Assembly: GCA_049999805.1 (NCBI GenBank)
Contig: JBNGIO010006212.1
Location: 1 to 50,438, forward strand
Reading direction: 5' to 3'
Origin: Folioceros fuciformis
Lineage: Eukaryota
Length of the DNA: 50,438 bases
The notes beneath the pieces were generated by a model. The model did not search any database and had not been told where the DNA came from. It was given only the letters and a program-made list of their open reading frames with translations. The position numbers and the translations under genes were made by a program. Below are positions 47,320 to 50,438 of the stretch, piece after piece; the stretch's first letter is position 1; each line of letters starts with the position of its first letter.

Positions 47320-50300
47320 GGATTTGTAGATGGCTAGGATGAATGACAACTAGCTTGTGAAGGGAAGAGAACCTTTGTATCCAAGTGATAGAGACCAAGT
47401 TTGGTGGATGGACATTCGTTTGCATAAAGATTACATATCCCTTGTATCGTGTCGTGTCAATGGGGGGAGACTGAAGTGGGGTAGGTGGAAGTCCTTTCCC
47501 TGTGAGAGATTGCATATATTCTCTGCAATGTAGTGTGTTGTATGGGGTGAGACCAAGTGGGGTAAGTGAGAGTTCTTTCATGCAAGAAATACATCAATGC
47601 ATAGATTTGGGCCAACTCAGAACCGTTGGACGCACGCTCATAGTCGAATCGTCCGTGCCCTACCTGGTGGCTTCCCACACGTCCTCCATATTGCTCATTC
47701 CATCAGCCAGCAGTCGACTAGCCTGTTGTTCTCCTCCCTGCGACCAAAGGCATGGCTTGCCTTGCTGCGTAGAAACATTCCCTATGTGGACTTCGCTGTT
47801 GGTTCCTCGTTTGGCCTTGGATGCCAGATTTGTAAGTGAGCTAGACCGCCCGGACCCTTCAAGGGCAAGCGCTTGCAGGATCGGTTCCGGTAACTTTGCA
47901 TCCACCGCGGACATGCGGAGCTTCTCCTCGCATGCTTGAGGCAGGTACTCTGCGGTTGTTCCCGCTCGCATTCATGACCAGGCCTCCACCGCAGGCCTGT
48001 AGGCCTGTCTGTTGCCTTCGAGTCCATGCGCTTCTCTGCTCTCAGGTGATTTCCGTTCCATGCTCAGCTCTGCCTGTTTCCGCCTCGCTCTTGTCTTGTG
48101 TTCTCCGCAGAGAGTGGTGTGTTTGGGCTTGTGTAACCTAGTGCCGCAATGCACATACCCGCCAGCCCGGCGGCGGTTATGTTATGTCATACGGCCAGGC
48201 TGTAGTTTGAACCCTTTGATGTTTTCTGATGGTGTGGCGGGCGAAGGTCGTGGATCCAGTTGTTTGCAACAATGGTCGCTCGCGAGTTAGGATGATGGCT
48301 GGCGTTGAGTTTGTGACTTATTCAGTTTGACAACCAGTTGCCGTTGCCGGAGAATATCTAGCTTTCCTCTTCTTGCTGAGAGACATGATTGACCTGAATA
48401 TGCTGCTATCATCATGATGGTTTGATTTGATGACATGGAGAAGAAAATGTATAGCGTTGTTTGCAGGGTCTGTGCAGAAGTTGTTGCTTGCAATCTCGAT
48501 ACTTGTTGATGTGGCTTGGTGCGCCCGGGAATCGTGGAGGTAAAATGTGTGCTGTGTGTTTCGTTTTGTACAGAAGGCACATTGTGTGGGGTGTCCGGAC
48601 CAGCAAGATGGAAGCCCCACAAAGATCACAGCCCGTGAATTGGGTGGAAGATGTCTTGCACAAACATTCTATCGGAAGCCTGCCAACAACCGGCAACCAG
48701 TGCTGCAACAGCAGCGGGCTAAACGTGGGCGCCCTTACAACAACGTCAAGGGATTGAGGAGCTTCATGTTGTGCTGCACGAGCATTATCTCATTCTCAGA
48801 AACGGGAGGGATGATGATGTGCCAGCATGCCCAGAACCTTCACAGTCCTCTGGAAGGGGAGGGAAGCGGAGGACCACCTCCCAGGGATTGTCCTCCCTTT
48901 CGTCAGACGATGGGGAAGAACTGGAGCCCGGTTTGTAATCTTCTTCCATCCTTTCTGTTCCTAGCTTTGACAATGTTCAACTCTTAAAAGCGTTCGTTTT
49001 CAAAGAGATTCCATCTCTTTGAAAGCGCTCGTTTCCACTCTTCATTTTGCTGTTTGCATTAGAGCGTTCGCATAGCAGGCTTCAGCCTGGTCTCCAACGG
49101 TGATTGGTTATGGTTGCAGAGACAGGAGAGGTTTTTTACACGTTGCGCTTTGCAAGTTCACGACCGTCTTTACCAATCGCTTCTGAAGCGAGTCGAGATC
49201 ATCATTTCATTAAATGAGGAGCGACTTGAGATCATCCTTTCATTAAAATGTGTGTGGCAACCGCCGAGCATTTCTGGTACCTCCTGTGCTAGAGATGCCG
49301 GCAAAGGGGCGAAAGGTCTTTACAAATTTTTGAGGTAACTCCGGTGTATTAAGTTACCGATCGGGACTTGTGGACGTGGACTACGACGGTCCTCGTTCTT
49401 AGAACACGGAACTTTCCATTGAGTGCAGTGTGGAAGTGTACAAGGGGCATGCGGTTGAGGCCATTGGGTGAAGGTGCAAAAGGGGTTGTGGTTGAGGCGA
49501 TCCCAGGTAAAGAAAGTCCTGTAGACCACTCTATTTGCCCTGAGACAGGGCGGACCCTGGAATCGAATCAATCGGTGCTTGGGTGGGATTCGCTTAGGGG
49601 CCATTGGAAGGGATGAGCTGTGCAGGGAAGTGTTGCTCGGTGTAGCAGGCGCCCCATTAGTTCAGGACCGGTGAGCCTGCAGGTTCGTGCAGCCATGGAC
49701 AGCATTGAGTGAGTGTTAGTTGCAGGAGAAGGCGAGAGGGAATTCACAAGGTACCTGAAGGTATGGTGCACCCTTCCAGCCTGGTAAGCCCTGCTACATC
49801 ATACTTGTTCAATACAAAACGTTAGATGCAGATCAATTAACAGGAAAATAATTGTTCTCCGCCATGGCCACATATGTGGCCCTGATTGTACCACTTGCCT
49901 GTGGTTGGCGAATGCTACATATGTTGCGCTCAGGAGAGATGCATCTGTACCCACACTCCACACTCCTTCTTAGGAACCAGCGCTTTCTGCGCTTTCTGTC
50001 AATCCATAAGACAGGCTAGGATGCGTGATGACAGAACTGTGTGGGCCGGTTGCTTTGGTAGTTCTCGAAGGCTCTAGCTCAAATACCCCTTGTACAAGTA
50101 CACTTACAAAAGAGTGGAGATCTGTGAGAATCCTTCCGTGCAATACTATTAGCCTGTGTGGGGTACCGGTTGCTATGGCAGTTCTCGCTGGCTCCAGCTC
50201 ACATGGCCGTTGTTGAAGTACGCCTCTAAACACAGTGAGAGTTGGTGAAAGTTCTTGCTAGTGACACTACCTTATGAGGAGACGAACACGGTGAGAATGG

Positions 50301-50438
50301 TCCGTGCCCTACCGCGTGTCGTTTATGTAGCTTGCTTCCTCCCTCATCCTCCTGGCAGACTTGAATATGGTGTTACCTTGCTCGTAATTTGTGATGAAGA
50401 AACTAAGATCGTTGTTTGCAAGGTTTGTGCAACACTTG
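47320..50438 (+). repeat. Direct copy of the unclassified repeat family, running off the window end
   Basis: Collinear with 25706-28130, then with 20985-22378. Confidence 0.85.

Noticed and set aside
20985-50438. The 21 kb and 49 kb duplicates as LTRs of one giant element
   Set aside because: No TG..CA termini, PBS, PPT or TSD seen; the left boundary falls mid-repeat and the right one is outside the window.

Overview
Eukaryotic land-plant nuclear DNA. Compact genes with short introns (63-112 nt where mapped) and a 'WW-type' PPR-DYW editing factor suggest a hornwort; this is inference. Bases 1-17.8 kb are gene-dense and almost all on the minus strand: a double-GNAT acetyltransferase, an oleosin, a GDSL esterase that splices in frame onto a fasciclin (FAS1) domain, a strongly diverged CSLA-type glycan synthase, a PLS-PPR protein whose DYW domain has lost its catalytic residues, a palindromic 41-42 bp satellite spanning a 100-N gap, and an intronless poly(A)-binding protein without MLLE. 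Bases 19.6-50.4 kb are repeat-rich: several direct and inverted copies of an unclassified repeat family (including a fold-back hairpin), a PPR pseudogene, and nested LTR retrotransposons. In the nest, a Copia element sits in a ~2 kb LTR and itself contains a solo LTR of that same family, a second Copia, and an RT/RNaseH block in the opposite orientation. Best novelty candidates: the GDSL-FAS1 fusion and its neighbour, the divergent CSLA. Splice models and repeat boundaries were read by eye; no searches were run.
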